DNA of 64,000 bases from Lytechinus pictus. Lineage: Eukaryota. The DNA lies in assembly GCF_037042905.1 (NCBI RefSeq), contig NC_087245.1, positions 41,728,001 to 41,792,000 of the forward strand, given 5' to 3'. The translations under genes and the position numbers were made by a program. Positions 48,101 through 57,560 of the stretch are shown piece after piece; the stretch's first letter is position 1; every line of letters begins with the position of its first letter. The notes beneath the pieces were generated by a model that saw nothing but the letters and a program-made list of their open reading frames with translations, ran no database searches and was not told where the DNA came from.

Positions 48101-50436
48101 AGCCAAGGCTCCCTCAATAGCACAAATATTTCAGCACCATGTCACGGTTCCTGCGCATGCTCAGATACATTTGACCCCGTCTGTGGAGAGGATGATATCC
48201 TATACTACTCGGCCTGTCACGCTGGATGCTCTGCGCAAGAGCAAACATTGGATGGCAAAATAGTAAGTCGTGCATTTTGTTAAATCAGGTTTACTTGTTT
48301 CTTTGTTTGAATTGCCAGTTATGTTTCTAGCAGAATAAACACGTGGTATAGTTATATTTACCATTTTAATGGGACATAGTTTTATTAGCTAAATTCCTGC
48401 GTGAGAATACTTTCATAAAATTAATTTCACGTGAAAATTTTGTATCGAATTATTCGATTTAGATGTTACTAGTTTTAGAATACCTTGGAAAAAAAATAAT
48501 CATGACTAGGCCAGTATCAGCAGAGGAGTTCAGCGTTTTCAGAATTTTGTTTATGTCTGATGAACAGGAGAAATTTAATTCATGTACAGTTCAATACCTG
48601 CAGGCCTATGAGTAATATGATTTATTGTAATAATTAACATGCCTGCTTCTGTGAGAGATGATGATATGGGGTTATGATAATAAAGTCGTGCTCAAAAGTA
48701 TTTTATCACCAGATTTCAAAATTAGATAGGGCCAATCTAAAACTTGGCAGAACTTGAACACTTTAAATATGCTCATTTTGTGGTGGGGTTAACTAACTTT
48801 GGAGCTCCATCGTAAGTATTCACTTGATTCATGCAATGTCGGATTTTTTGATATTTCGATATGTCAATCCTCCCTTTTATTTCTTCGCATACAGAAATAC
48901 GTGAATTGTTCGTGTGTTTCAAACCCCGCTTATCCAAACGGGGACTCATTCGTGTCTGGGACCGTCGAGAGAGGACGCTGTTCACAAAAATGTGGCTACC
49001 GATGGTTATTTTACATATTGATGTTCGTTGCCCTTATTTCGACGTCGATGTTAATAGTTCCAACATGGGCAGCAACAGTAAGGTAAGAATAAAGGCAGAT
49101 TCTGGAGTAGGGGGGGGGGGGAATAGGGACGTACGCTAATTAAAAAAAACCTCTTCCGTATTATTTTAAGAGGAGCATATTAGAGGAGGAGCCGAGGTTT
49201 GAATACTGACAGATTTTCCCTTTCCCAATAACAATGGTGGGTGAACCATTATTGATATACATGTATACAGTTGATCGATTGTATGATTTTGTTGCATTAA
49301 AACCTTAAAAAATTTTTAACTTACTCTTTTTCAAGTATTGTTCTTTCTTAATTGCATAGTATATTTTTGACGATAAATCATTGATAAATCAAAATACTTT
49401 TTTATTCATATAATAATGTAATACTTAAAATGATTATTCTCCTGTTTTAGACAAAACGAACAAAATATATAAATCCATTTAAATCCATTTTTAACAGGTG
49501 TGTTGAACATAGTCTTAGAGGCCTAGCTCTCGGTGTCCAAACAGTTATGTATGGAGCATTGGGTAAGTCATTTCAGCATTATTCACAAACAATTTCCTCA
49601 AAATATTTGTTGCTATATGTCAGACAAGCGAGATGACGGTGTCACGTAATACTATCATCATTTATATCAAATATTTCGATGTATTTTTGTATGTAGTTTT
49701 GATTATGAATTCTACAAAGAATCACAATAATCTACACAATCACAAATATAGATCTAGAAAGCAAAGTAATATATTCCTATCGGGCGATTAAAAATTGACA
49801 TTGTTATTCGGTAAATATGCCGTCAATTCAAATACCTGAAATACAAGACATGCAAATAGAGTAAGGGATCATTGGTCGTCTAATTTACATAATGTATAAT
49901 GCATATTAATGTTTTGTGAAACTATGTTAGATTTGTAATATCATAACTCTCATATTTTACATCCGATTTTATTGACATTTTGAAGGTTATCCCTTTTAAT
50001 ACTAAAAAAACTTTCTTTTAAAGCACTCGTCTTTAGGTCGGCTTGGCCATCGAAATAGTGATATATAATTTGACTGACTGACGAATTTCCTTTTTTTGTT
50101 CTTCTTCCAGGCAATGTTCCCGCTCCCGTCGTATTCGGGCTCCTTATTGACCGCTCCTGCCTCCTGTGGGAGACAGCTTGCAACGGCTCCCGCTCCTGCT
50201 GGCTCTACGATAACAAGCAATTCGCCAACTCTTTTTTTCTCCTCACCGTCATCTTCAAATCGTCCTCCCTCATCTTCTGTATAGCAGCGCTTCTCAGCTA
50301 CAAACCGGTCTCTGCCGGTGTCCCGACGGATTCCAGCCCCAGCAATCTGCCGGAGTTCGCCCGGCGGTTTAGTAGGAAAGTGTCGATACGGTTGTCCACG
50401 AAAACGCGAGGATCGGTCTACCCCGTGGATACATGA
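8835..50436 (+). CDS. SLCO4A1-like: Solute carrier organic anion transporter (OATP/SLCO), 5'-partial spliced CDS: join(8835..9152,39341..39548,41359..41461,43656..43777,46313..46570,46902..47097,48103..48262,48895..49082,49498..49562,50111..50436)
   Basis: Manual splicing gives an uninterrupted 647-aa frame with matching intron phases (0,1,2,1,1,2,0,2,1). OATP motifs present: TTLERRF, VSYFG, YMDE, signature DNPVWVGAWWLGFL, PKFFESQ, a 10-Cys Kazal-like loop and GLLIDRSCLLWE..C..SCWLYDN. Family is secure; subfamily is by recalled similarity. Confidence 0.93.
10723..10978 (+). mobile_element. tRNA-derived SINE (internally deleted copy)
   Basis: A box ggtctagtgg, B box ggttcgattcc, body ttttccttcagcaagaaattta shared with the 51403 copy, AT-rich tail. 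Confidence 0.75.
11440..11784. mobile_element. MITE with internal ~20-bp subrepeats, inverted homolog of 14840-15521
   Basis: End gttggcagtggacgaattggcaatttac is the reverse complement of gtaaattgccaattcgtccactgccaac at 14841; repeated ttcgtcta/tagacgaa units. Confidence 0.65.
12199..12333. mobile_element. Short hAT-like MITE
   Basis: Ends cagtggc / ggatctgcccctg; 8-bp TSD catcaaag / catcagag. Confidence 0.6.
12621..12901. repeat. Head-to-tail tandem duplication, 2 x ~140 bp
   Basis: aagcatggtt...gagttcttgg...cgccaaaatcattttatcgta...aatcacaatgaacaaagcattgacggatg...ctgtttaa occurs twice with few differences. Confidence 0.9.
14840..15521. mobile_element. MITE with subrepeats, interrupted by the element at 14885-15183
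   Basis: TIR-like ends ccaattcgtccactgccaac / gttggcaatcggacgaattgg; homolog at 11440-11784. Confidence 0.65.
14885..15183. mobile_element. EnSpm/CACTA-like MITE (CACTG termini, 2-bp TSD CA)
   Basis: cactgtaaaaaa ... ttttctaacagtg flanked by ca/ca; second copy at 43087-43397; the empty site is visible in the host homolog near 11730-11752. Confidence 0.8.
15777..16242. mobile_element. MITE with ~35-bp TIR and (CCTAAC)-like interior, host of 15904-16146
   Basis: gacatttgctccggcgacaattgctccg / cggggcaattgtcgccctagcaaatgtc. Confidence 0.6.
15904..16146. mobile_element. Near-perfect palindromic CACTG-ended MITE, TA TSD
   Basis: cactgcaaaaactccggtgttgatttaacaccagcccggaatctatat ... atatagattccgggctggtgttaaatcaacaccggagtttttgcagtg; ta on both sides. 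Confidence 0.88.
16301..16795. mobile_element. Kolobok-like MITE family B
   Basis: TTAA TSD; perfect TIR aggggaagttcaccc / gggtgaacttcccct; palindromic arms. Confidence 0.88.
19846..20252. mobile_element. Kolobok-like MITE family B, inverted copy lacking one terminus
   Basis: Homologous to 16301-16795; ends aacttcccct|ttaa. Confidence 0.75.
20832..24745. mobile_element. MULE/Mutator-like non-autonomous foldback element
   Basis: ~340-bp near-identical inverted arms 20832-21170 / 24411-24745; G...C termini; 9-bp TSD gtccggggg / gtccggcgg; second inverted pair 23502-23818 / 23981-24331. Confidence 0.85.
23631..23922. mobile_element. hAT-like MITE (cactagcgtacc family) within the foldback
   Basis: cactagtgtacc ... 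cctaggtacaccagtg; related to 35672-35916 and 42474-42735. Confidence 0.7.
28213..28784. mobile_element. Non-autonomous DNA transposon with CCCGGG termini and 8-bp TSD (superfamily unassigned)
   Basis: ~45-bp TIR cccggggggg-ccacttacattgacgagtggataccatgcgcgacc / ggtcgcgcatggtatccacttgtcaatggaagtggcccccccggg; perfect TSD tgtaaatc at 28205-28212 and 28785-28792. Confidence 0.88.
29667..29833. mobile_element. Short palindromic MITE, possibly Harbinger-like
   Basis: tacctcagtcgcatttgctct / agagcaacatgtgaccgaggta; no clean TSD. Confidence 0.5.
30019..30140. repeat. (CTT/CTC)n polypyrimidine tract
   Basis: Direct reading. Confidence 0.85.
30714..31888. mobile_element. PIF/Harbinger-like MITE with duplicated right half
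   Basis: TIR agcccctttcacaattgacgtacgac perfectly inverted at the right end; TAA TSD at 30711-30713 and 31889-31891; an extra internal right TIR ends at 31417. Confidence 0.85.
33808..34920. mobile_element. Old Kolobok-like family B-related element interrupted by a family A copy
   Basis: Left end ggaagttcactccgac, right end tcagggtgatcttccccc-ttaa; interior resembles 16301-16795. Confidence 0.6.
33858..34429. mobile_element. Kolobok-like MITE family A
   Basis: TTAA at 33854-33857 and 34430-34433; TIR aggtcaagtccaccc / gggtggacttgtcct. Confidence 0.87.
35672..35916. mobile_element. hAT-like MITE (cactagcgtacc family)
   Basis: cactagcgtaccta / taggtacgccactg; TSD atgatctg / atgatttg; closely similar to 42474-42735. 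Confidence 0.85.
37686..38065. mobile_element. Harbinger-like MITE
   Basis: cctttcataaacc / ggtttatgaaagg; internal atgcggataat/attatccgcat motifs; right terminus degenerate. Confidence 0.55.
39341..39548 (+). CDS. SLCO4A1-like: SLCO exon B (ECL2, TM4)
   Basis: ttacag|DDVCPALSNATSGSSC...LFIIGQVLHGWGGSTLYTVGITYMDESLPSSTFGLYM G|gtaagg; 208 nt, phase 0/1. Confidence 0.92.
39690..40652 (+). mobile_element. DINE-1/HINE-like (Helentron-associated) non-autonomous element with ~160-bp internal tandem array
   Basis: Starts in a T-run; subterminal IR gtctcacctgcat (39695) / atgcaggtgagac (40619); 5' stem-loop partner gtgagac; (GGC)n microsatellite; ~5 tandem units starting near 39805, 40003, 40166, 40328, 40490; no TSD. 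Confidence 0.72.
40750..41300. repeat. (CAT/CAC)n degenerate trinucleotide tract
   Basis: Direct reading; ends ~60 nt before exon C. Confidence 0.9.
41359..41461 (+). CDS. SLCO4A1-like: SLCO exon C (TM5), ends at a GC donor
   Basis: ttcctcag|GIFTAMNAVGPALGYLIGGAMLSDLYNDITTPLS; donor AG|GCAAGT; 103 nt, phase 1/2. Confidence 0.88.
42474..42735. mobile_element. hAT-like MITE (cactagcgtacc family)
   Basis: Perfect 8-bp TSD tatatgga at 42466-42473 and 42736-42743. Confidence 0.88.
42742..42862. repeat. (GAT/GGT)n tract
   Basis: Direct reading. Confidence 0.85.
43087..43397. mobile_element. EnSpm/CACTA-like MITE (2-bp TSD TA)
   Basis: cactgtaaaaaa ... ttttcttacagtg; homolog of 14885-15183. Confidence 0.82.
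43405..43600. mobile_element. Palindromic Penelope-like terminal fragment
   Basis: Inverted arms 43432-43473 / 43531-43572; homologous to 63900-64000; resembles Penelope pseudo-LTR ends (from recall). Confidence 0.45.
43656..43777 (+). CDS. SLCO4A1-like: SLCO exon D (OATP signature, TM6)
   Basis: ctctatag|(S)LDITPDNPVWVGAWWLGFLINAGLIFIFAFLNLGFPKKLP|gtaaga; 122 nt, phase 2/1. Confidence 0.95.
45940..46045. repeat. Degenerate (CA)n
   Basis: Direct reading. Confidence 0.8.
46313..46570 (+). CDS. SLCO4A1-like: SLCO exon E (central loop, TM7)
   Basis: ctttcag|VMDKILQEKR...DFPKALLGLFKNPPFIFLSLIATCEWFVYAGLTTFGPKFFESQLNISSGDASYDI|gtaggc; 258 nt, phase 1/1. Confidence 0.93.
46902..47097 (+). CDS. 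SLCO4A1-like: SLCO exon F (TM8-TM9)
   Basis: ttcttag|GIISVSAGIVGSLISGVLMKRLNLSVRGLLKLSVICAVVSLLSQFVFLFPCPDIPFAGVTVPYGN|gtgagt; 196 nt, phase 1/2. Confidence 0.93.
47310..47566. mobile_element. hAT-like MITE
   Basis: cactggcggatctagg / cctggatccgcccctg; perfect 8-bp TSD aatcgtgg. Confidence 0.87.
48103..48262 (+). CDS. SLCO4A1-like: SLCO exon G (Kazal-like ECL5)
   Basis: ctttcag|GQGSLNSTNISAPCHGSCACSDTFDPVCGEDDILYYSACHAGCSAQEQTLDGKI|gtaagt; 160 nt, phase 2/0. Confidence 0.94.
48895..49082 (+). CDS. SLCO4A1-like: SLCO exon H (end of ECL5, TM10)
   Basis: catacag|KYVNCSCVSNPAYPNGDSFVSGTVERGRCSQKCGYRWLFYILMFVALISTSMLIVPTWAATVR|gtaaga; 188 nt, phase 0/2. Confidence 0.93.
49498..49562 (+). CDS. 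SLCO4A1-like: SLCO exon I (start of TM11)
   Basis: ttaacag|(R)CVEHSLRGLALGVQTVMYGAL(G)|gtaagt; 65 nt, phase 2/1. Confidence 0.92.
50111..50436 (+). CDS. SLCO4A1-like: SLCO last coding exon (TM11-TM12, C-tail, TGA at 50434-50436)
   Basis: cttccag|GNVPAPVVFGLLIDRSCLLWETACNGSRSCWLYDNKQFANSFFLLTVIFKSSSLIFCIAALLSYKP...SVYPVDT*. Confidence 0.93.
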
Positions 50437-51402
50437 GCAGATCATTATAGACTCATCACAGAGCATTCGTGGAACGTTGATTTAAAGGGACCACTACGTC
50501 GCAATTCATACGTTCGTGAGCAGTTTGCTTTCTCTCGACTGTAGGCATTGAAATCCTTTCATTCGGGAGGAGTGAAATAAAAAGCAGAGAAACTCGCTTC
50601 TCGCGAACACGCATATTTCCCCGGACCCGTTTCTTGTCTTGCCATCCAATAACGAAGTTTTCGCTTCACGAGGCTCGACGGATCAAAAAAGAAAAATCCT
50701 AAAAAGAAATGTATTATTGTCAAAATGTAAAGTGCCCCTCATGACAAAAAACAACCAAGAAGTCTTTGTCGAAACTTGGTGAATCAAAACAGCAGTTTCG
50801 TCCTGGACTCTGGACAAACGACATATGTGCAATTTTTCGTCAGCCCCTAAGCTTCGGGCGAAACTCCTGTTCCGGTTCACCAATTTTCGACAAAGACCTT
50901 CCAGTTGGACTTTGTCATTTGATGGGTATTTTCAATACATTTACTTTGTTCGTGAATCCGTCGTTCGTCATGGAAACGAGGACCATGGACAACATCAACG
51001 TCACCATCAGCGAAGAAGAAGGGAGAATCGTTTATCTAAAATGCGCGCATTAACAGTACTTTTAAAACGAGCTTGCATGCATTTCCAGTATTATAACAAC
51101 TTGTATTTCACAAAGACACTAAACAATCAAACTGCATGTAACAATGTCAATGCTTTTTTGTATTTGTAATATAATGTTTGACTGCATCATGATAGTAGCT
51201 GTTATTAGCCTTTAAAGGGCAACCAGTGGGTCGATTATTTTGTCGTCATGAGCGGAGAAAATTTGACATCATTATTATCTTTCATTCTTCACTGCTCAGA
51301 AAATACTTTCAAAATGATTAAATGAATGAATTTCGATGTACCTCATTAGCAAAGAACCTCGCACATCTGAAGAAACGAATAAAAAATAAAATAACTGACA
51401 AC

Positions 51403-51700
51403 GGGCGCGTCGTGGTCTGCGGGCGCGTCGTGGTCTAGTGGTTCTGACTCTCGCCTTTCAAACAGAGGGTCGTGGGTTCGAATCCTAACCATGACGTGTT
51501 TTCCTTCAGCAAGAAATTTATCCGCACTGTGCTGCGCTCGACCTAGGTGAGATGAATGGGTACCCGGAAGGATTAAATCCTTGCATGCACTGAGCGCCGG
51601 TGACGGTAGCTCGAGCTAAAGCCGGGGTAATAATAGCAGCGCTTTGTATCCTCAGGCAAAAAGCGCTTTATAAATACAGCTATTATCATTATTATTATTA
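51403..51700 (+). mobile_element. Full-length tRNA-derived SINE
   Basis: A box tggtctagtgg, B box ggttcgaatcc, core ctcgacctaggtgagatgaatgggtaccc, 3' aagcgctttataaatacagctatt and (TTA)n tail; 18-bp 5' duplication. Confidence 0.82.
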
Positions 51701-53956
51701 AATCACGAATATTGAGAGAGGGTAATCTCAACAAATTTTACGCACAGAGGTTTATTGGGCATATGCACCGATTACGGGTTTTGTTATTTTTTCCCCACAA
51801 GGTTCCTGAATAATATCTTATAGTGTTTGCCATAAAGCCTTGACTGTTATTTATATTTTATGATGTGTATTTGCTGAAAACGTCGTTTTGTATTCGTGTT
51901 GTTTTTGTATAAATGTAAACCTTCAAACGTAGAGGGCAGCAATACCGGCAGTGTTGACGCCCCAATAAGTTCGTTGATGTACAGATTGTAAACCATACCA
52001 AATGTGTCATATCTTATTTGATTTCTGTATTTATGCAAGTGTGAGTTTGTTGTCATATATGTATATGGAATAACTATGAAAGTATGATACTGTAACTGTT
52101 AAAAATATTCTTTACCAAAGAGGTTGTGGAAAAAGTCTAAAGCTGCAAGAATCTAGAGTGCATGGCATTGTAAAACTTTTGTTAGAGAACAGGTAATATA
52201 TTTTATTTCCTTACGAAGAGACCAAAAGGTTGTCAGATTATACCAAACGAAGCATTATGCTGCAAAACGTGTCAATATTTTTAAAGAAGATGAATTTTTT
52301 CACATCTGCCGCTTTATTTGTTTATATGAGTTGTTGGATAAACGTGCGTAGAAAGAAAATGTTTAGAAGTGAATGGAATGGATTATTACGGAAGCACGTT
52401 AGTGCAACCATTTATATATATTTTTAGGAGAAATTACCCTGCAGCTCCAGTAAATTTCTCTCGAAAATTAGTTCACAGGTAGCACTGAAATGGGCTCCCG
52501 TAGAATAGACTAGAGTTATAGAGACATTATTCATAATTGTGATATGCGCTATACAAGAACTGTTTATTATTATTATTATTATTAATTAAAATGATCAGAA
52601 CCGATTTTTACTTATGTCATCTTGGTAATTTTTTGAAATCATCAGCTGGCCAAATTATTAAAATAGAACGTCATTCAAAGCAGATGTCGTTCGTCTCATT
52701 TGTTTTTCTTTTTAGGCAAAATATTGTGACATTTTAAAAAAAGAATGAAGGGCCACTCTCCGCTACCTCAGGGATAACTTTACTAAACCAATCCGAAAAG
52801 TCACAATGAAATCAATTATATTATTGCTTGCATTGATCTACGGAGAAGATAAAACAGAAGAGTTTGAAATCGTCAACGTTATAATGAATTGTATGAATTG
52901 CATTTTCATCAATTGAAATAACTGATATCCACTTAAATTCTTTTACCCTCTCAATAATAAAAAAAAGTGTTAAATTTAGCACTTAAGGAGCTAGTGGAGT
53001 AATTACACGTCCTAAAGAGAAATTTGCGACCCGTTTTTGAGCTCAATGTTTTAGATAAAACGGCACTTTCGTCTAATATACAATTGTCTTGTTCTTTTAT
53101 AAAATGTGATGACATGAAACTATACATTATACTTCTTCGATATGTTATTGCAAGTAAATGTAACTAAATAAATTATTTTGCTCTTGTAAGCATGGAGTGT
53201 CCAATGACTCGTTTTTCTCTTCTCCTCGAACTCTATAAACTGTCGACCAGTACCAACCCCTCCCCTTGTATACAATATCTTTTATAAACTCTACAGGGGG
53301 TATGTCAATATATTTACTATAGTGCATAGTTTATAGAAGATATTGTATACTAGGAGTGGGATGGTATTCTCCTACTGTATATGTGAATATGAGGCACTTA
53401 GAAACATTAAATCATCGGGTTATCGGACTTGCTATTTTGCTTCTTTTAAGTTTTAAAGCAAACATAATCATATTCAAACTAGTTACAAACTAGAAAAACC
53501 TACAATTGTATCATTAATGTAGTATATTGAATTCAATTCAAATTTATTCCACAAATTGAGCAAAAACAAACATGATATAATCCAAATGAATATCTTAACA
53601 GGTAGTTTATGAATACAGAGGGAATTCAAACGAAGGGTGATTGACGAATTAAGCGGTGTACCCGTGGCAAAAAATGTCCGACAAATGAAAAAAAATCATC
53701 AAAGAACGGTGGGGGGGGGGGGGGGTGGTATCTGCCCTTTCTCCCTGTCCGCTTTTCCATGAATTACATTAGGATTAAGACAATACTTGACCTTCATAAC
53801 TACATGTAAGACAGAACGCATTAAAACAAGACAAATTAAGAACGAGAGTAAATAAAATAGGAGTGAGAGTCAAAAGGCGATCAGTGGCCATTTTGGACGC
53901 CATCATGGATTTGGAAGTATTTGCAACAAATTTCTTTGAGGCATCCTTTATCTTAA

Positions 53957-54517
53957 AGGACAGGTCCACCCCAAGAAAACGTTCATTGAAATAAAAGAGA
54001 GAAAAATCAAACAAGCATAGTACTTAAAATGTCATCAAAATCGGATGTAAAATAGGAAAGTTACGACATTTAAAGTTTCGCTTAATTTAACAAAATAGCA
54101 CATCCTGGTCGGTATACAAATGAGGGGACTGATGACATCACCCGCTCACTATTTCTTTTGTAATGATGATATATTAAATATTTTAATTTTCTCCTCATTT
54201 TCATGTGAAACAAAGATTTTTTTTCCTCCCTGAACATGTGGTAGCCTATTACCATTGTTTTAATATTTTATGGTTCAGCCAAGTTGGTTATTATTGTCAA
54301 ATCTGTATAGATATGAAATATTGTGTAATTCAAGAAATAAAAAAACAAAAGAAATAGTGAGTGATGGACTTAATCGGGTCTCTCATTTGCATATCACTGA
54401 GTTGTGCATATAGTCTTTTTTTTAAATAAGCACAACTTTAAAACTATATTTTACATCCGATTTTGATGAAATTTTCAGCGTAATGCTAGATTGATTTTTC
54501 TGGAATGGACTTGACTT
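53957..54517. mobile_element. Kolobok-like MITE family A (inverted, more diverged)
   Basis: TTAA flanks; aggacaggtcca / tggacttgactt. Confidence 0.78.
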
Positions 54518-55285
54518 TTAAGCTTGAAAATAAGGAGGTCTACTTAGTTTTTTTAGGATGGTAGAACGACCCCCCCCCCCCTCTTCTGAGTTCGGTCCTC
54601 CACTTAGAGAAAGAAGCGAAGTGGCACCATAGTCAAGTAGAACCCCAACATAACCGTCAAGTTGGGTATGACTGCAATTCTTTTTGCTAGAAGTTGTAGT
54701 ATAGGGTGTCTACTCCAAGAATCCGACGGGTGCCACCTGGGCTCCCTTGGGCATTTTTTTATTGACGTCATAGGCCACGCCCACTTTTTCACATACCTCT
54801 TAAATATGATTTTCATATTTTATGGAATTAACATGTCATGTTTGGTATCAAATTAAAGCTAATGAAAAATCATTACTGGGCATTTAAATCACACATAGGT
54901 CAGTTAAATGTCATTTAAGGTCATAAGAGGTCAAAATGCCTTACAAATGTAGGTAAGACATATAATGCGCAACAAACTATGCTCCAAGTAATACAAACAA
55001 GTATTATATGCATTTGTTTGCAAACGTTAAGTTTGAGAGTGTGCATATTAAGAATCTGATAGATGCTACCTTCGCATCTTGAAGTTTTTTGTTTTTCTGA
55101 CGTCATAAACCACACCAACTTTCAGTTATATTCCTGTTGAATACGACTTTTCTATTTACTGGATTAAACATATCATGTGTGAATCACATGAAATAAAATG
55201 CAAAATAAAATCCACATGATATGAATCGCTACGCATTTAAAACGTGTCCAGGGCTATCAAAGGTCATATAAGGTCACATTGGGTC

Positions 55286-57560
55286 CATGGGCGGAAATCC
55301 CAGGGGGGACAGGGGGGACGTGTCCCCCCTACTCAAAATAGTAGGGGGGACACAATATCAAATGTCCCCCCTACTATTTTTGGTCTTTTATGATGGTAAG
55401 AAATACATCATTCTAAATCGAAATAAAACATGTATTTGGGGACGAGTTGGGACGAGATGACCTTACTTTTGGGATGATATCCTTTTTTTTTTGCTTGTCA
55501 AATTTTCCCGCCCCTTGTCCCCTTAGGCGGACCAGGGGGGCGAGGGGAGGGGAGAAAAAGAAGAGAAGGACGACGAGTGCATAGAATAAGATGAGGGGAA
55601 GACTTGGAAAATAAAAAGAATCTTTCGTGCCACTATATACAATTTTCGCTCGCGCTTCGCGCTCGCATTGCCTGTTAGTTGATTTACATATCTTGTTCAA
55701 TATGGAGCTCGAATGTCAAGTTTGGAAGTCAATATACAAAACATATTTCACCTCGGAAATCGAAGTTTCATTATTGATTTTTTAAAAGTGCTCTGTAAAA
55801 ATGTCAGTTCTATGGTCTGAATATTAACATTTGCTGCTTGCGCTGCGCGCTCGCAAATTTTGATTTATCAGGTACCTATTATTTCGTATATTTCATAAAG
55901 TTTTCAAAATAGCCCTTTGCAGGTCTGATTGTTAAGACGTATCAGCTAGCGCGCTGCACGCTCGCATTTTGATTGGCGAGTTATATATGTTTCAATATTG
56001 ATTATACAACAAACTACTTAAAATCCCCTTTTCATGACAGTTTATTAAAAATTTTAGCTCGCGATTTGCGCTCGCATTAATGGTTGAAAATATATTAACT
56101 GATGCATCTTATTCATAATTACAAAAGTGAAATGTTCAGTTTTTATGCCATAATATCATCAGATTTTGCGCCCTCATTAGGCATTAATAAATATGATATT
56201 AATTTAATAATCAAATTGTCCCTTTTGTTTCATCTCGCTTAGCAAGAGGAATAGGAAGATAGTCATCATTTTCATATGATGACATGTCGTATGGATGTCC
56301 CGGTCCTATGTCAAAACTCAGAGTAATAATAATAAAAATATCAACTCTTTTTTAAGTGCAATCCATATCCACCTTACAATTTTTCTACAAAGTGCTTGAA
56401 ATTTAAAGCTGAAATTTACTCTTTTTTCAGATCAGAATATCAAAGTTTCCTGATTTTCATGATTAAAGATGTATTTAGAATGCCTATGTTTATACAGATA
56501 CTCAACTTGTTCTCTATTTAAATCATTATCCAGTTTCAGATCACAATATCAATTTTTTTCTGCTCGCGCTTTGTGCTCGCATTATTAATGTAGGAAGACC
56601 CCATATTACTCATCCTTTTCATGATTTACAAAACATGAACAGAGTGGCCCATTTTTAGGTCTAAATCTCGATTTTTTTTATGCTTGCGCTTCGCGCTCGC
56701 ATCAATTATTAAATTATATAGCTATCCTGTTCACGATTACAAAAACTGATTAAAATTTTCCATTCTTTTTTTAGAAAAATCAAAAATTTTCAGCTCGCCC
56801 TTCGCGCTCTCATTTTTTGATTGTTGAAATATGTAACGCCTTCATGGCTAAGTGCAAGCAGTCCTTAACATTTACCTTTTCAACAGGTACCAGTTCAAAA
56901 CGTATATAAAAATTTTCTGCTCGCGTTTTGAGCTCGCATTATTAATACTCATCCTTTTCATGGTTTACAAAACATGAATAGAGTGTCTCGTTCAGTAAAT
57001 ATTATAGGACTAAATCTCGAAATTTTCCGCTCGCGCTTCGCGCTCGCATCAATTGTTTACTTGTATACCTATTCTGCTTTAGTTACAAAAGTGCTTAGAA
57101 TTTCCATTCTTTAGGTCAATATGTCAAAAAAAATTAGCTCGCACTTCGTGCTCGCATTATTTGATTGTTAAATGCTACTTTAACAGGTATCTTTTCCATC
57201 AGTTCATTTCTGCTCGCGCTTTGCGTTCGTAGTAATTATTAAGTTGCATACACATCTTTTTCAGAATAACAAACATTGCCCAGAATGTTCAAATTTTAGG
57301 AAAAATACATAAAATTTCCAAAAAATTAGCTTCGCGCTCGCATCATATAAATAAGGATTATGATATTATATATCAATTTATGAGAATAAATCTAAGAAGT
57401 GACTAATGAGGACTACCCCTTCAAAGAAACAAACAAAAATCATCTTCGAGCTGCCGATCGGGGAAAATATGGCTGAAACAAATTCCCCCCCCCCCTATTG
57501 GCGAAGGCTTGATCCGCACCTGTGTCCCCCCCTACCTTTTGGGAGAGATTTCCGCCCCTG
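55286..57560. mobile_element. 2.3-kb hAT-like non-autonomous element with internal (ctcgcgcttcgcgctcgca)-anchored tandem units
   Basis: TIR catgggcggaaatc / gatttccgcccctg; perfect 8-bp TSD attgggtc at 55278-55285 and 57561-57568; nested in the Academ left TIR. Confidence 0.88.

Noticed and set aside
50002..50466. 154-aa minus-strand ORF
   Set aside because: Antisense shadow of the last SLCO exon.
51421..51495. Possible tRNA gene (also ~10725-10800)
   Set aside because: No proper acceptor stem and it continues into a shared SINE body and tail, so it is a SINE head.
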